The translations under genes were made by a program, and so were the position numbers. A stretch of 63,745 bases of DNA, counting the filler, from Hyphochytrium catenoides (lineage: Eukaryota; Protista; Hyphochytriomycota), in assembly GCA_900088475.1 (NCBI GenBank). It is 11 parts of 11 records of this genome, joined end to end, with 100 filler letters (N's around TTAATTAATTAA, not from the genome) between each part and the next. Parts side by side here need not be neighbours in the genome. Positions count along the whole stretch, not along the records: positions 57,722 to 61,799 come from FLMG01002989.1; positions 61,900 to 63,745 come from FLMG01000421.1; 9 more parts are not named here. The stretch is one strand, 5' to 3'. Each line of letters starts with the position of its first letter. Within the stretch, counting starts at the first letter, position 1. Shown here piece by piece: positions 61,624-63,745 of this stretch. The notes below the pieces were generated by a model that was given only the letters and a program-made list of their open reading frames with translations, did not search any database and was not told the origin of the DNA.

Positions 61624-61799
61624 ACAGCCAGCTATAGTCAGATGCGGTACAGTGGTACACCATAGGACGCAGTCATCATGTACTATCATGCCTCGCGGAA
61701 GAAGGGTTGTAAGACAGACAGACTTCCGGTAGGCTACCCATCGAGAAACAGAGAGACAGAGCGAGAGAGTACACAGCCAGCTACAGCCCAGATGCGGTA
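61417..61799. repeat. Three copies of a ~28-bp motif CAGCCAGCTAYAGYCRGATGCRGTACAG
   Basis: Copies at 61417, 61625 and 61774 (the last is cut by the linker). Confidence 0.85.
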
Positions 61800-61899
61800 N
61801 NNNNNNNNNNNNNNNNNNNNNNNNNNNNNNNNNNNNNNNNNNNTTAATTAATTAANNNNNNNNNNNNNNNNNNNNNNNNNNNNNNNNNNNNNNNNNNNN

Positions 61900-63745
61900 G
61901 AAGAATCATGTCAGCCGCTTCCTTGGATACCTAAGGACAGCGAGAGGGTGGGAAAAAGAAGAGAGAGTGTGAGTGTGAGAGGGAGAGAGAACGATAAAGA
62001 GGGATTAAGAGGGAAGAGAGAGAGGAGAGAGAGAGAAGAGCGCGAGCCGGGATGGGGCGAGGAGTTTGAAGGCGGGGAGAGAGCGAGGAGCAGTCGCATT
62101 GTGATTGCGGGGGTTTTCGCAGACAAACTACAGAGTATTGCAGCACACACGACGGTCCGTTAGTCTCTCTCACCTCGGAACCCTGGATACCCATTGCAAT
62201 GCCAATGTCAGCCTTCTTAAGAGCAGGAGAGTCATTCACACCGTCTCCCGTAACGCCCACGATCTCTCCTCTTCTCTGACAGTTTTCCACGATCATAAGC
62301 TTCTGCTGAGGAGAGGTACGGGCGAAAACGACTTGTGGATGGTCCAGGATCGTATCCCAATCTTCGTCCACCATATCAGCAGTCAAGTCCCAACCCGGAA
62401 CCACGATCGCGCTGGCGGCTTCTGGATCTTGCCAACCGGGCAGACCCTTTTCCAAGTTGTTGGCGGCATTCTCTTCTTCAATGTCTTCCTTTGTCGGACC
62501 CCAGAGGATTCCGACTTGGTGAGCAATGGCCTTTGCAGTGACTGGATGGTCTCCAGTGACCATAATGACTCTAATACCGGCGGACTTGCATTTCTCAACA
62601 GCTCCAGGGACCTGAGGACGAGGAGGATCGATAAGGGCACCCAAGCCAATGAAACATAGGCCTTCCTGGATCTTAGGATCCTGCGGAGGTTTGGCCTCAG
62701 GGTCAAGCTTCTTCTCTCCTAGAGGGAAGTTAGGGTTGTCGGTGTTGAACACATAGTCTGGGCCATACACGGTAGGATTCAAAGGCTTCTCTGCGAAGCC
62801 AAGCACTCTCATTCCTCTCTTAGAGAGATCCAATTGAAGCTTTTCTACCTCTGCGCGTATTTCATCGGTCAGAGGGACAACTTCACCCTTGACGAAGATC
62901 TAACAAGATGGGAAGAAGAAAGTGAGATGAGGAGCTGGGAGGTAAAGCAGGCGCATCCAACCTGATTCAGAGTAAGGCGAAGGCTGATGAAGAGAACCAT
63001 AAGGAGTAGGCGTACATTGCCATATTCCCAAGAGAGGAGAGCAGCAAGAAGAGCAAGTAACATGAAGGCGGAGAGAAGACGCAGCGAAAGGAGGGAAGGT
63101 CTCTTCTCGTTACCTCAGTGCAGCGATCAATAATCCTTTCGGGGGCTCCTTTCATGAGCAAAACGTACTCGTTAGGGTTCTCTTCCTGCTTGTGGATGGA
63201 CACCTGGTACTTGTTCTTAGAGTTGAATGGGATCTCCTTGATTTTCTCACAGGCCCGTCGGTACTCAATGATGTCCCTCTTATCCTGAATGAACTTGATA
63301 AGAGCACTCTCGCTAGCATCTCCAATGGTGCTCCAAAGGATTTTCTCTGTCTCAAGACCCTCTCCTAGTGGGACGCGGCGCTTGAAGGGAAGAGGGTTGC
63401 CTCTCTTCTTCTCTCCGTTCTGGGTAAGGACCTCGTACTTGCTTTCCTCATCAAAGACTGCGTTGTTGCAGAGTGTGAAGCAACGCTGGAGCTTCTTGAA
63501 GCCCACGGAAGCCCTGAAGAAGACAGATTATAGGAGATGCACTTTGAGTATCTGAAGACCAATCCAAGAGACAAAAATCGAGCGTATGAGCCAAATAAAA
63601 GCAGTTAGGGTCAAGAGAACACGAGAGAGAGAGAGAGAGAGAAGGAGAAATATGAGAAGGAGAGGGTAATACGAACAGGAAGCTGTCCAGTCCTTACTTC
63701 TCGTAGGTCGCTTTCGGGTTCATGGTCGACTCGCAGTCGAAGGTC
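61900..63745 (-). CDS. Na+/K+-ATPase alpha subunit (P-type IIC), internal fragment, 4 exons
   Basis: Exons 63745-63698, 63513-63114, 62899-62174, 61930-61900. Motifs LCN, GDASESAL, EIPFNSKNKYQ, MKGAPERI, RVLGF, IDPPR, MVTGDHPVTAKAIA, VFARTSPQQKL, TGDGVNDSPALKKADIGIAMG, VSKEAADMIL. Confidence 0.93.

Larger units (their letters stand above)
57722..61799 (-). mobile_element. Candidate tyrosine-recombinase mobile element (whole scaffold; ends not captured)
   Basis: Intronless ~3.4-kb coding region unlike host genes, recombinase-like motifs, repeated upstream motif, isolated on a short scaffold. Confidence 0.55.

Noticed and set aside
15029-61899. Regularly recurring TTAATTAATTAA palindrome as a biological repeat, and any operon-like or cargo relationship between genes on different segments
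   Set aside because: It is always centred in exactly 100 nt of N padding, so it is an assembly concatenation linker. Adjacency across it carries no information.

Overview
Eukaryotic draft-genome sequence, not one locus. Eleven unrelated scaffolds are joined by ten identical 100-nt artificial linkers (N44-TTAATTAATTAA-N44), so neighbourhoods across linkers are meaningless. The host looks like a protist or alga (inference) with GT-AG introns, many filled with (CT)n/(GA)n microsatellite, which makes most six-frame ORFs spurious. Recognisable genes: a TBC Rab-GAP, a tail-anchored FKBP-TPR immunophilin, RNase H2 subunit B, a 'DIxG' repeat protein, two ankyrin-type proteins, a TMEM14-like protein, a small protein with a NAC-type UBA domain, and a Na+/K+-ATPase alpha (P2C) fragment. 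Mobile DNA: a hAT-type MITE with 8-bp TSD, a decayed Ty3/gypsy gag-protease, a possible LTR/PBS junction and several tandem arrays. Three things stand out. (1) Scaffold 57722-61799 carries a large intronless, frameshifted gene with C2H2 fingers, a DUF3505/OrsD-like region and an ordered tyrosine-recombinase-like R-K-(x)RH-H-Y motif set, a candidate recombinase-driven element of the fungal telomere-linked-helicase type. (2) A Cys/Trp-repeat gene that I recall mainly from ascomycetes sits on a host scaffold. (3) An intronless type II membrane protein has four copies of an unfamiliar 4-Cys 'NRDAAG' module. All family calls come from motif recognition by eye; no database searches were run.
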